From: a virus
Taxonomy: Duplodnaviria > Caudoviricetes
DNA: 27,426 nt
IMG/VR virus record: IMGVR_UViG_3300016466_000153
Span: 1 to 27,426 of that record
Direction: 5' to 3' (one strand)
In this document: positions 15,323-24,512 of the stretch, piece by piece
Position numbering within the stretch: the stretch's first letter is position 1
How the letters are laid out: each line of letters starts with the position of its first letter
Program-made: the position numbers and the translations under genes
Notes under the pieces: model-generated
Seen by the model: the letters and a program-made list of their open reading frames with translations, nothing else
The model's database searches: none
What the model was told of the DNA's origin: nothing

Positions 15323-15562
15323 TTGACTGTGGCTAAAAAAACCTTATACCTTAGAGACAATTTCGTACTTGAAGATTTCTATGAAGCTGTACGCTTCAAC
15401 CGGTTGGAATCTTTACATGTACCCCATAGTGATGTATTCTTTGTTCGTGTAGCCTTACAGGAACGGACAGGGATACTGTTCCCACTGGCAGATGTAGAGG
15501 CTGCTATGAAGAAAGAGGGATGGTCAGAGTCCCGTGTTCTAGTTCCAAACAAGGAGATTTAA
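15323..15562 (+). CDS. Hypothetical protein
   Basis: First late ORF; HVPHSDVFFVR motif; start uncertain. Confidence 0.65.
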   Translation: MTVAKKTLYLRDNFVLEDFYEAVRFNRLESLHVPHSDVFFVRVALQERTGILFPLADVEAAMKKEGWSESRVLVPNKEI

Positions 15563-16054
15563 ATGGCAGTAGGTGCTAAGCTTGCAGCTTGGATGTCTAA
15601 GAAAGTTAAAGAGACTCCAAGCACACGGGATTACTCAAAAGATCCTCGTATGGATAAAAGGGAAGTTAAAGAGACCATGGCTATGGTAGAGATGCCAAAG
15701 CTATCTCGTGCGGAGTTACTAGAACTTGCAAAAAGTTCCAGAAGTATCCGAGGTCAAGCTGCTGCGGATGAGTTGGAGCGTAGGGGGCTTAAGAAGTTTC
15801 TTAAGAAAACTGGAAAGCTGGATGATCCTATAGAGAACCCGGAGTACGATAGCCCTCGTGGAGCACGTAATAAGGGGCAGCGTTTGTCTGATGCCCTTTC
15901 TGCAAGTGAGGTTAGGGAAGATATGGCAGAAAGGGAAGCAAAGGCAAAAGCAAAAGGACTATACAAAGGTGGTATGGCAAAGAAAGCACCAGCTAAAAAA
16001 CCAATGCCAGCCAAGAAGCCTGTAGCCAAGAAGCCAGCACCTAAGAAGAAGTAG
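15563..16054 (+). CDS. Basic protein with KKP-repeat (histone H1-like) tail
   Basis: AAGGAG RBS; YKGGMAKKAPAKKPMPAKKPVAKKPAPKKK. Confidence 0.7.
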   Translation: MAVGAKLAAWMSKKVKETPSTRDYSKDPRMDKREVKETMAMVEMPKLSRAELLELAKSSRSIRGQAAADELERRGLKKFLKKTGKLDDPIENPEYDSPRGARNKGQRLSDALSASEVREDMAEREAKAKAKGLYKGGMAKKAPAKKPMPAKKPVAKKPAPKKK

Positions 16055-16372
16055 ATGGCTGACTTTCCTGATCGCTACAAGAAGATGGGTTTCACAGGCT
16101 ATAACCAGCCTAAGAAATCCACTAAGCCTGAGAAGAAGATGATGGTTGTAGCCAAAGAAGGTGACAAGGTTAAGCTGATCCACTTTGGTGACAGTAGCAT
16201 GGGCCATAACTACAGCAGTGAGGCTCGTGCTAGTTTCAAAGCAAGACATGCTGCTAACATCAAGAAGGGTAAGTTGTCAGCAGCATACTGGGCCGATAAA
16301 GAACTATGGTCAGGCCCCAGTGGTAGTAAGAAGATGCCCCCTAAAGGGCAGAAGCATAAAAAGGGTCTATGA
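16055..16372 (+). CDS. Conserved basic protein (KLIHFGD...SFKARH...SAAYWA; DUF5754-like)
   Basis: Motif recall. Confidence 0.7.
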   Translation: MADFPDRYKKMGFTGYNQPKKSTKPEKKMMVVAKEGDKVKLIHFGDSSMGHNYSSEARASFKARHAANIKKGKLSAAYWADKELWSGPSGSKKMPPKGQKHKKGL

Positions 16373-16399
16373 CCATTATCTTTAAGAAAGGAAAGTAAA

Positions 16400-16720
16400 A
16401 TGGCTTTATCAAGTAAGATTGCTAAGAAGTTGATGGGACTGAGTGCTGCTGAGAAGAAAGCACTCCAAGAGGAACTAAATGCTCCTGCTAAAAAGGGTCG
16501 TACTCTAGAGGAAACAGAAGCTGAGTACACACCTGCTGAGCGTAAGCAGATGGAAGATGCACTCAAGAAGATTGGTCGTGAGTCCACCAAGATGGCTAAA
16601 GGTGGTATGGTCAAAGCCAAGATGGCTTATGGCGGCATGGCTAAAAAGAAAATGAATAAAGGTGGTATGGCTAAGTGTGGTGCTTCTAACCCTGCCTCTG
16701 GCGGTAGCCGTAGCAAGTAA
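16400..16720 (+). CDS. Basic protein with three tandem MxxGGM repeats
   Basis: AAAGGA RBS; 10-aa repeat period. Confidence 0.7.
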   Translation: MALSSKIAKKLMGLSAAEKKALQEELNAPAKKGRTLEETEAEYTPAERKQMEDALKKIGRESTKMAKGGMVKAKMAYGGMAKKKMNKGGMAKCGASNPASGGSRSK

Positions 16721-16732
16721 GGACACCTACAG

Positions 16733-17068
16733 ATGGCTAACAAGGCTCCTATCCCAAAGACTTACAAAGGTAAGCCGACAGCAGGCATGTCGGTAAAAGA
16801 GTTTGAACAGATGTACAAAGAACTTGGGCTAGACAAGCCAAGTAAGTTTACCCCCAAGGGGGATTTTAACGAAGAGCCTGATATGCCACCTAAGAAGAAG
16901 ATGGCTAAGGGAGGTAGTGTGAAAGCATTTAAACCATGTCCGGGATGTCCATCACCTGCTAAGTGTAAAGCAGCAGGCAAGTGTGCTATGAAGTCTAAGA
17001 AGGCAGCTACCGGTATGTTGGTGATTCCGGTGAAGATGTCTAAAGCCCCAGCTAAAAAGAAGAAGTAG
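16733..17068 (+). CDS. Basic protein with MAKGG motif and CxxC-x5-C-x5-C cluster
   Basis: AAGGA RBS. Confidence 0.68.
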   Translation: MANKAPIPKTYKGKPTAGMSVKEFEQMYKELGLDKPSKFTPKGDFNEEPDMPPKKKMAKGGSVKAFKPCPGCPSPAKCKAAGKCAMKSKKAATGMLVIPVKMSKAPAKKKK

Positions 17069-17069
17069 C

Positions 17070-17216
17070 ATGCCTCTTAAAAAAGGTACAAGCCAAAAGA
17101 CTATCTCTGAAAACATCAGCCGCATGGTGAAGAAAGAGAAGTTGCCACAGAAGCAGGCCATTGCAATTGCCCTTAGTAAAGCTGGTAAAAGCAAGAAGCA
17201 AGTTAAGAAGAAATGA
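17070..17216 (+). CDS. Small conserved basic protein (48 aa)
   Basis: Read manually: [48 protein letters not shown]. Confidence 0.75.
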   Translation: MPLKKGTSQKTISENISRMVKKEKLPQKQAIAIALSKAGKSKKQVKKK

Positions 17217-17578
17217 CACAAGCAATCCTACCTAGGTTTAAAACTGTTGGGGCAAATCTAGTGGCTAACACAGCCACGGATGTTTACACTTGTCCTAACA
17301 ATTTTACTGCCAAGGTAGACCTTGTGTTTGTAGCAAACAATACCAACGGCAATAAAACGATTACGATTACTTGGTATGACTATACGAATAGCACGTACTA
17401 CACAATTGCTCCGGGGTATGTGGTTTCTGCATATAGCTTTTTAAAATTAAGTGATGGGTATTTGATTATGAACTCCGGGGATAAGCTTAGGTTTACTTCC
17501 GAGACAGGATCAACAATGTCAGCAATCGTATCTGTAGAAGAATACTTCGACCCGGCAAACGCAAATGGCAGCAACTAA
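17213..17578 (+). CDS. Beta-rich putative virion protein
   Basis: VYTCP...VAN...LIMNSGDKL pattern. Confidence 0.7.
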   Translation: MTQAILPRFKTVGANLVANTATDVYTCPNNFTAKVDLVFVANNTNGNKTITITWYDYTNSTYYTIAPGYVVSAYSFLKLSDGYLIMNSGDKLRFTSETGSTMSAIVSVEEYFDPANANGSN

Positions 17579-17750
17579 AACAAAGTCACGTGTCAATGAA
17601 GCTGGAGTCTACACTAAGCCTGCACTACGTAAGTCTATATTTGAAAGAATCAAGGCGGGTGACAAAGGTGGAGCCGCTGGGCAATGGTCTGCCAGAAAGG
17701 CACAGATGCTTGCCAAAGAGTACAAAGCCAAAGGTGGTGGATACAAATAA
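17565..17750 (+). CDS. Conserved basic protein (GQWSARKAQMLAKEYK; DUF5872-like)
   Basis: Motif recall. Confidence 0.75.
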   Translation: MAATKTKSRVNEAGVYTKPALRKSIFERIKAGDKGGAAGQWSARKAQMLAKEYKAKGGGYK

Positions 17751-17950
17751 TGTGGTACATGGTTGTGATTATTTGCACAGCTACACTTGGGTGTGCTGAA
17801 ATTGTCGATGAACAACATAAAACATTTACAACAAAGCAAGAATGTGATCTGCGTATAGAAGAAGTGACAGATCGGTATGCGGCTACATTAGATGAAGAAA
17901 AAATAAATGCTGTAATTAAATACGGGTGCTTTAAGAAAAATGTCACTTAA
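17750..17950 (+). CDS. Small protein with hydrophobic N-terminus and four Cys
   Basis: ATG overlaps the previous stop (TAATG): MWYMVVIICTATLGC... Confidence 0.55.
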   Translation: MWYMVVIICTATLGCAEIVDEQHKTFTTKQECDLRIEEVTDRYAATLDEEKINAVIKYGCFKKNVT

Positions 17951-18194
17951 AAAGACACAACAGTCCCTCAAAGACTGGACAGCACAAAAATGGAGAACTA
18001 AAAGTGGAAAGCCTTCAACTCAAGGCCCGGGCGCAACGGGTGAGAGATATTTACCTGAAAAGGCTATCAAAGCTTTATCTGCAAGTGAATATGCAGCAAC
18101 TACTAAAGCTAAAAGAGAAGGCACTAAAGCGGGTAAGCAGTTTGTTAAACAGCCTAAAGAGATTTCCCGCAAAGTAAAGAAGTACAGGAAATAA
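17940..18194 (+). CDS. Conserved basic protein (QKWRTKSGK...GERYLP)
   Basis: Motif recall. Confidence 0.75.
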   Translation: MSLKKTQQSLKDWTAQKWRTKSGKPSTQGPGATGERYLPEKAIKALSASEYAATTKAKREGTKAGKQFVKQPKEISRKVKKYRK

Positions 18195-18220
18195 CCAATT
18201 AGGTTAAAGGAAAAGAATAA

Positions 18221-18589
18221 ATGAGAGAACTAACAGAACGCCAACAAAAATTCCTAGAGGTGCTCTTTGAGGAAGCCGGTGGCGATGTTATCCAAGCCAA
18301 AAAGTTGGCAGGCTATGCTGACAGTGTACGTACGTCTGAAGTAATCAAGGGTATTAAAGAAGAGATCATGGAGCGTACGCAGTTGTACATGGCTCGTAAT
18401 GCCCCACGTGCTGCTATGTCTTTGGTTAGTGGTATGATTGATCCTACTGAACTAGGGTTGCGTGATAAGCTGAGTGCTGCCAAGGATTTGCTTGACCGTG
18501 TAGGACTTGTCAAAACAGAGAAGGTTCAGGTAGAATCCACCAACGGATTGATGATTCTTCCACCTAAGGAAAAAGACGCAGAGGAATAA
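18221..18589 (+). CDS. terS: Probable terminase small subunit
   Basis: LTERQQKFL...AKKLAGY HTH, AAKDLLDRVG; upstream of TerL. Confidence 0.65.
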   Translation: MRELTERQQKFLEVLFEEAGGDVIQAKKLAGYADSVRTSEVIKGIKEEIMERTQLYMARNAPRAAMSLVSGMIDPTELGLRDKLSAAKDLLDRVGLVKTEKVQVESTNGLMILPPKEKDAEE

Positions 18590-19026
18590 TGGCATTTGAG
18601 AGAAGGACGAGTGCTGGTAAATTCATCCTCCCTCAGCCGAAAGATGCAGCAGAGACTGGGGAGTATGTACCCATACCGATGCTGTCTAGGTACAAGAAGG
18701 TACCATTTGGCTATGAGTTGAAAGAAGGGGATGATTATTTACTGTACCCCATACCAAACGAACTAGAAGCTTTAGAAAAAGCCAAGGATTATTTAAAGAG
18801 ATACTCTTCACGGCATGTGGCTGCATGGCTAACAAAGGTAACCGGTAGAAGTATCTCTCACACAGGGCTGTTAAAACGAATAAGAGATGAGTACGACAAA
18901 AGGGCAAAAGCTGGCGCACTTAGGGGATGGGCCGCAAGGATCGAAAAGGCCATCAAACTCGCAGCCAAATATGAGAAAACCAAAGGCTACAAAGAAAAGC
19001 AAGCCACAACCGCAGATAACGATTGA
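18589..19026 (+). CDS. Recombinase-domain-like DNA-binding protein
   Basis: VPFGY...SSRHVAAWL..TGRSISHTGL; no catalytic serine-resolvase domain. Confidence 0.6.
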   Translation: MAFERRTSAGKFILPQPKDAAETGEYVPIPMLSRYKKVPFGYELKEGDDYLLYPIPNELEALEKAKDYLKRYSSRHVAAWLTKVTGRSISHTGLLKRIRDEYDKRAKAGALRGWAARIEKAIKLAAKYEKTKGYKEKQATTADND

Positions 19027-20497
19027 AGAAGTAGCAGATCCATTGAGTGAAATCACTCAACATACTGAGCAAATTGTATTACCCCCGGAGATCGCAGAGC
19101 AGAACATAGTATTTAAGCCAAACCCCGGGCCTCAGTCAGTATTCTTAGCAGCACCAGAACGTGAAGTATTGTATGGTGGGGCAGCAGGAGGTGGTAAAAG
19201 TTATGCAATGTTGGCAGATCCACTACGTTACATGGGTCATCCGCAGTTTAGTGGCTTGTTATTACGACATACCACAGAGGAACTGCGAGAACTCATCTGG
19301 AAAAGCCAAGAGATGTACCCAAAAATCTACCCCGGCATCAAGTGGTCAGAGAGAAAGATGCAATGGGTTGCCCCCAGTGGGGCTAGGTTGTGGTTTTCTT
19401 ACCTTGATAGAGACGAAGACGTACTTAGATATCAGGGTCTAGCGTTTAGTTGGGTGGGTTTTGACGAGTTAACGCAGTGGTCTACCCCGTTTGCATGGAA
19501 TTACATGCGTTCTCGTCTACGTAGTACTGCTTCAGACCTGCCAATCTACATGAGGGCAACTACAAACCCGGGTGGCCCCGGGCATGCATGGGTTAAAAAG
19601 ATGTTTATTGACCCTTCGCCAGCAGGAAAAAGCTTTTATGCTACGGATATTGAGACAGGTGAGACCTTAGTCTACCCGGCAGGACATAGTAAAGCAGGTC
19701 AACCGTTGTTTAGACGCAGGTTCATACCTGCTTTGTTGTCTGATAACCCGTATTTGTCTGCTCAGGGTGACTATGAGACCATGCTTTTGTCTCTACCTGA
19801 GCACCAACGCAAGCAATTACTGGAAGGAAACTGGGATGTATCAGAAGGAGCAGCTTTCCCCGAGTTCAATCGGGCCATACACGTTGTTGACCCATATGAC
19901 GTACCCAGAAATTGGATTAAGTTTCGTTCGTGCGACTATGGTTATGGTTCTTTTTCCGCTGTTCTTTGGTTCGCTGTTACTCCCGCAGAACAACTGATTG
20001 TATACAGGGAGTTATACGTAAGTAAGGTGTTAGCAAAAGACTTGGCTAACATGGTTTTAGAGTTAGAGCAGAATGACGGGCAGATTAGGTACGGTGTATT
20101 GGACTCTAGCTGCTGGCACAAGCGTGGTGACACCGGCCCGTCCCTAGCAGAGCAGATGATTATGCAGGGATGTAGGTGGAGGCCATCGGATAGGTCAGCA
20201 GGATCTAGGGTGGCAGGTAAGAATGAGATACATCGTCGATTGCAGGTAGATGAATTCACCGAAGAACCTAGGCTAGTGGTGTTTAACAACTGTACTAACC
20301 TAATTTCTCAGCTACCAATATTGCCGTTGGACAAAAGTAACCCTGAGGACATTGACACTAAGGTTAGTTTTGACCACTTATATGACGCACTGCGGTATGG
20401 TATAATGAGCCGTCCTAGATTTAGTGTGTTTGATTATGATCCAGCCAGTGCTAGGCGCAATGCGTTTATACCTGCTGATCCAACTATGGGGTACTAA
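18971..20497 (+). CDS. terL: Terminase large subunit
   Basis: Walker A YGGAAGGGKS, Walker B VGFDE, ATTNPGG, nuclease DYGY...DHLYDALRY; start uncertain. Confidence 0.93.
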   Translation: MRKPKATKKSKPQPQITIEEVADPLSEITQHTEQIVLPPEIAEQNIVFKPNPGPQSVFLAAPEREVLYGGAAGGGKSYAMLADPLRYMGHPQFSGLLLRHTTEELRELIWKSQEMYPKIYPGIKWSERKMQWVAPSGARLWFSYLDRDEDVLRYQGLAFSWVGFDELTQWSTPFAWNYMRSRLRSTASDLPIYMRATTNPGGPGHAWVKKMFIDPSPAGKSFYATDIETGETLVYPAGHSKAGQPLFRRRFIPALLSDNPYLSAQGDYETMLLSLPEHQRKQLLEGNWDVSEGAAFPEFNRAIHVVDPYDVPRNWIKFRSCDYGYGSFSAVLWFAVTPAEQLIVYRELYVSKVLAKDLANMVLELEQNDGQIRYGVLDSSCWHKRGDTGPSLAEQMIMQGCRWRPSDRSAGSRVAGKNEIHRRLQVDEFTEEPRLVVFNNCTNLISQLPILPLDKSNPEDIDTKVSFDHLYDALRYGIMSRPRFSVFDYDPASARRNAFIPADPTMGY

Positions 20498-20505
20498 GAA
20501 AGATA

Positions 20506-22629
20506 ATGGCAAACGAAAACTTTATTGATTCAGACAGCATGGGTCTTGAGGATGTTTCTGATCAAACACGGGAAGAGTTGTTTATATCGCCTGTGATCAG
20601 TTTTATCAAAGAGAGATTCACCAAAGCTGAAGACACCCGGAGGATGGACGAAGAGCGATGGGTAAAAGCCTATCGCAATTACCGTGGTATCTACGGCCCG
20701 GATGTACAATTTACTGAGGCAGAGAAAAGCCGTGTCTTCATCAAGGTAACAAAGACAAAGACGCTTGCAGCCTACGGTCAAATCATTGACGTACTGTTTG
20801 CAAACAATAACTTCCCGCTGTCTGTAGAACCAACTGTTCTGCCTGAGGGTGTAGTTGCCGATGTACACATTGACATGAAGAACCCCGGCCCCCCGGAAGA
20901 AGGTGAGGGCTACGAAGAATCCCCGTATGGCTACAGAGGTGATGGCAGGGAGTTGCCACCCGGTGCTACAGCAAAGACATTGTCCGACCGGCTTGGCCCT
21001 TTGCGTAACAAGCTAAGCAATCTGCTTGGTTTAAGAGAAGGCCCGGGGCTTACTCCAACAGCAGTTACCTTTAGTCCTGCAATGGTTGCTGCTAAGAAGA
21101 TGGAAAAGAAAATCCATGACCAGTTGGATGAAAGCAATGCCAACAAGCAGCTACGGTCTGCAGCATTTGAGATGGCGTTGTTTGGTACCGGAGTAATGAA
21201 GGGGCCATTTGCGGTAGATAAAGAGTATCCCAACTGGAGTGATGCAGGTGAGTATGATCCTGTGATCAAAACAGTACCTGCTACGTCACATGTCAGTGTC
21301 TGGAACTTCTATCCTGATCCTGATGCCAGCAATATGGACGAAGCACAGTATGTGATTGAACGGCATAAGATGTCTCGGTCACAACTACGTGCACTCAAGA
21401 AGCGTCCAATGTTTCGTCACAATGTAATTGAGGATGTCATTGCAAGTGGCGAAGCATATCTTAAAAAGTACTGGGAAGACGATCTCAGTGACTATCAAAC
21501 AAACCACGGGGTAGATCGTTTTGAAGTACTGGAGTACTGGGGTGCTATTAGCCGTGAGTTCCTAGACGAACATAAAGTCCCTGTTCCAAAAGATCTGCAA
21601 GACTTGGATGAACTGCAAGCCAACGTATGGTTCTGTAATGACAGAATCCTGCGTATGGTGCTCAACCCATTTAAGCCTGCCCGTATTCCTTACTATGTTG
21701 TACCGTATGAACTAAACCCGTACTCCATGTTTGGTATTGGTGTAGCTGAAAACATGGACGATACTCAAACGCTGATGAATGGTTTCATGCGTATGGCGGT
21801 AGACAATGCTGTGCTCTCAGGCAACTTGGTGTTTGAAGTAGATGAAACAAACCTAGTGCCGGGGCAGGATCTTTCTATCTACCCGGGTAAAGTATTCCGT
21901 AGGCAAGGCGGTGCTCCGGGTCAAGCTATCTTTGGTACCAAGTTCCCCAACGTATCAAACGAAAACCTACAGTTGTTTGACAAAGCCCGGGTGCTTGCAG
22001 ATGAATCTACTGGCATCCCGTCGTTTGCTCACGGACAAACCGGAGTATCTGGCGTAGGACGCACGGCAAGTGGTATCAGCATGCTGATGAACGCAGCATC
22101 CGGTAGCATTAAAACTGTAATCAAGAATGTGGATGATTATCTGCTGCGTCCTATGGGTGAAGCATTCTTTAGCTTTAACATGCAGTTTGACTTTGACCCA
22201 TCTATCAAAGGTGACTTGGAAGTTAAGGCACGTGGTACAGAAAGCCTGATGGCTAACGAAGTACGTAGCCAAAGGCTGATGCAGTTCTTGCAGGTAGCAA
22301 GCAGTCCTGCACTCCAGCCGTTTGCTAAGTTCCCCTATATCATTCGTGAGATTGCCAAGGCGATGGATCTTGATCCAGACAAGGTAACTAACAGCATTGA
22401 AGAGGCAGCAAGGCAGGCAGCTTTGATACAACAGAATCAGCCTCAGCAAGCCCCTCAAACGGCCCCACAAGGCGTTCCCGGTGTACAAGATACCGCAGGT
22501 ACTGGTGGAGGCAACATCGGCATAGGGCAGGCTCCAGTGCCCGGAGAACAGGGGTTCAGTGCTGCACCCCCACAAGCAGCACCCCAACCCCAACCACAAC
22601 AGCCACCAATGATGGGAGGTATTCAGTAA
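20506..22629 (+). CDS. Portal protein
   Basis: 707 aa directly after TerL; FGTGVMKGP, GIGVAE and RTASGISML motifs; Q/P-rich tail. Confidence 0.88.
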   Translation: MANENFIDSDSMGLEDVSDQTREELFISPVISFIKERFTKAEDTRRMDEERWVKAYRNYRGIYGPDVQFTEAEKSRVFIKVTKTKTLAAYGQIIDVLFANNNFPLSVEPTVLPEGVVADVHIDMKNPGPPEEGEGYEESPYGYRGDGRELPPGATAKTLSDRLGPLRNKLSNLLGLREGPGLTPTAVTFSPAMVAAKKMEKKIHDQLDESNANKQLRSAAFEMALFGTGVMKGPFAVDKEYPNWSDAGEYDPVIKTVPATSHVSVWNFYPDPDASNMDEAQYVIERHKMSRSQLRALKKRPMFRHNVIEDVIASGEAYLKKYWEDDLSDYQTNHGVDRFEVLEYWGAISREFLDEHKVPVPKDLQDLDELQANVWFCNDRILRMVLNPFKPARIPYYVVPYELNPYSMFGIGVAENMDDTQTLMNGFMRMAVDNAVLSGNLVFEVDETNLVPGQDLSIYPGKVFRRQGGAPGQAIFGTKFPNVSNENLQLFDKARVLADESTGIPSFAHGQTGVSGVGRTASGISMLMNAASGSIKTVIKNVDDYLLRPMGEAFFSFNMQFDFDPSIKGDLEVKARGTESLMANEVRSQRLMQFLQVASSPALQPFAKFPYIIREIAKAMDLDPDKVTNSIEEAARQAALIQQNQPQQAPQTAPQGVPGVQDTAGTGGGNIGIGQAPVPGEQGFSAAPPQAAPQPQPQQPPMMGGIQ

Positions 22630-22848
22630 ATGAGTGAAACAAAGCAGTATGTATGGAAGCTAAAGAGTCTGGCTGGTGCTGGGCAGTGGAAAGCTTTTTG
22701 TGAAATGCTGGATTACAAGATTGAATTGCAACAAAAGAAACTAGAGCAATCAAAAGATCCTGTAGATATCTATCATGCTCAGGGTGCCATTCAGGCTTTA
22801 CGCCAAATGAAGCTGCTAAAGGAAGAGATTAATGGGACTGGCAAGTAA
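22630..22848 (+). CDS. Conserved small protein after portal
   Basis: IYHAQGAIQALR motif. Confidence 0.7.
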   Translation: MSETKQYVWKLKSLAGAGQWKAFCEMLDYKIELQQKKLEQSKDPVDIYHAQGAIQALRQMKLLKEEINGTGK

Positions 22849-24511
22849 ACTAGCTAAGGCAATTACTAGTGAGGCAAAAAAGTCCTCTCGTAGAATTGAC
22901 TCTGCAAAAACTCCAAATACAAAAGAGAGTAAAGTTTTTAGCGATGATACGCAAGCCGATGTTCTTCCAGAAAAAGAAAGCACTGAAAACTTTAACAGAA
23001 AATTTAAAGACACTGTAGTTGTAGACGAAAACAAAAAACCTATTCGTATGTATCATGGTAGAACACAGGACTATGACACATTCGACACTAGTGGATCTTC
23101 TAGCCGATTTGGGGAAATAGGGACACATTTTGGTCCTTACCAGCAAGCAAATCAATTTGCTTCAAAAGAAGGTGGGAATATTGTCCCAGCATACCTAGAT
23201 ATAAAAAATCCATTGCGGCTCCATGATTATGGAAGTTTTGATGCCACTGAAGTGCTAGAGCAGTTAAGAGGTTACGGTTTTGATAACAATATCATAGATA
23301 GAATTCAAGACCTTCCGTACGAACAGCAAAGTAAAGCAACAATTGATTTAATAAAAAGTAAAGGATACGATGGAATTGTGTACCTCAATCGTACAGACCT
23401 TAATTTAAAAGGTACCCCCGAACAAGTTGAGCGTCAAATGGACAGGCTAAAAGATAAAGACGATGCCACTTTAATAAAAAAATATGGGGCCAAAGACTCT
23501 TACATAATTTTTGATCCAACACAAGCAAAGTCGGCTTTTAACAAAGGAAGCTACAGCGAAACGGATGCTCGTTTTAATTTTAATATAGGGGGTTCTGTAA
23601 ATACAGAATCTAAAAACACACCAATGAAACAAATTAACAATCAAAGCCAGACCCTGTATCCAATGAAGCAGGACATGGCTGTCCCTCCGGGGCTTGGTGC
23701 TCCTGTTCCTCCTAACGTCCCCGGTCAAGTGAATATGGCTGAAGGTGGTTTGTATGACGAGGGTGGCACGGTAGATCCTGTGTCTGGCAATGAAGTACCT
23801 CCGGGTTCTACGCAGAAAGAGGTACGGGACGATATTCCTGCACAGCTAAGTGAAGGGGAGTTTGTATTCCCGGCTGACGTGGTTAGGTTTATTGGCTTGG
23901 ATCGTCTGATGAAGATGCGCCAATTGGCTAAAGAAGGTTTGGCTAAGATGGAAGCAATGGGTCAGATGGGCAACTCAGAAGAAGCAACTATGTCTGACAA
24001 CGGAGAGTTTGAGTCTGACATTGATGAATTGCTTGAGGAAGTTGAAAACGAAAAAGAGCCAGAAGAAGAAATGGAAATGGCTGAAGGTGGTGCAGTTCCT
24101 GCTGTGAATACACAGATGGAAAAAGCAATGCAGCCAAAGATGAAAGCCAGCGATATTATTAAAGCAGACTTGGCTCGTGGTGGGTTTACTGAACAGGAAC
24201 GAAAGTTTTTTAATATACTAGCAGGCAGTGTTGCTAGGGGTGCAGCCGCATTAGTACAGATTAACAATACTGTATTCGTAGGCAGTCGTATAAAGAATGG
24301 GGAATTTAGAGTTCACTTCTTTACCCAAGACAAACCACAGATGTTGGCAGGGGCTATTGAAAAGTACGCAGATATATTGACTCGCTCTGGAATTAAAAAG
24401 ATTCATTCGGTTACAGAAAATACAAAAGTTATTTCCTTGTTGCAAAGCATAGGCTACGCAGTAGACGTAAAGAAACAAGGCAATAAATATATGATTACTG
24501 TGGAGAGATAA
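22832..24511 (+). CDS. Multidomain putative internal virion protein: ART-PolyVal-like + DDIPAxLSxGEFV + C-terminal domain
   Basis: MYHG, GTHFG, YLDIKNPL, GYDGIVY and YIIFDPTQAKS motifs; AAGGA RBS. Confidence 0.7.
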   Translation: MGLASKLAKAITSEAKKSSRRIDSAKTPNTKESKVFSDDTQADVLPEKESTENFNRKFKDTVVVDENKKPIRMYHGRTQDYDTFDTSGSSSRFGEIGTHFGPYQQANQFASKEGGNIVPAYLDIKNPLRLHDYGSFDATEVLEQLRGYGFDNNIIDRIQDLPYEQQSKATIDLIKSKGYDGIVYLNRTDLNLKGTPEQVERQMDRLKDKDDATLIKKYGAKDSYIIFDPTQAKSAFNKGSYSETDARFNFNIGGSVNTESKNTPMKQINNQSQTLYPMKQDMAVPPGLGAPVPPNVPGQVNMAEGGLYDEGGTVDPVSGNEVPPGSTQKEVRDDIPAQLSEGEFVFPADVVRFIGLDRLMKMRQLAKEGLAKMEAMGQMGNSEEATMSDNGEFESDIDELLEEVENEKEPEEEMEMAEGGAVPAVNTQMEKAMQPKMKASDIIKADLARGGFTEQERKFFNILAGSVARGAAALVQINNTVFVGSRIKNGEFRVHFFTQDKPQMLAGAIEKYADILTRSGIKKIHSVTENTKVISLLQSIGYAVDVKKQGNKYMITVER

Positions 24512-24512
24512 A

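Noticed and set aside
23081-23090. TTCGACACTA as a seventh palindromic site
   Set aside because: Half-site only; the left arm is missing.
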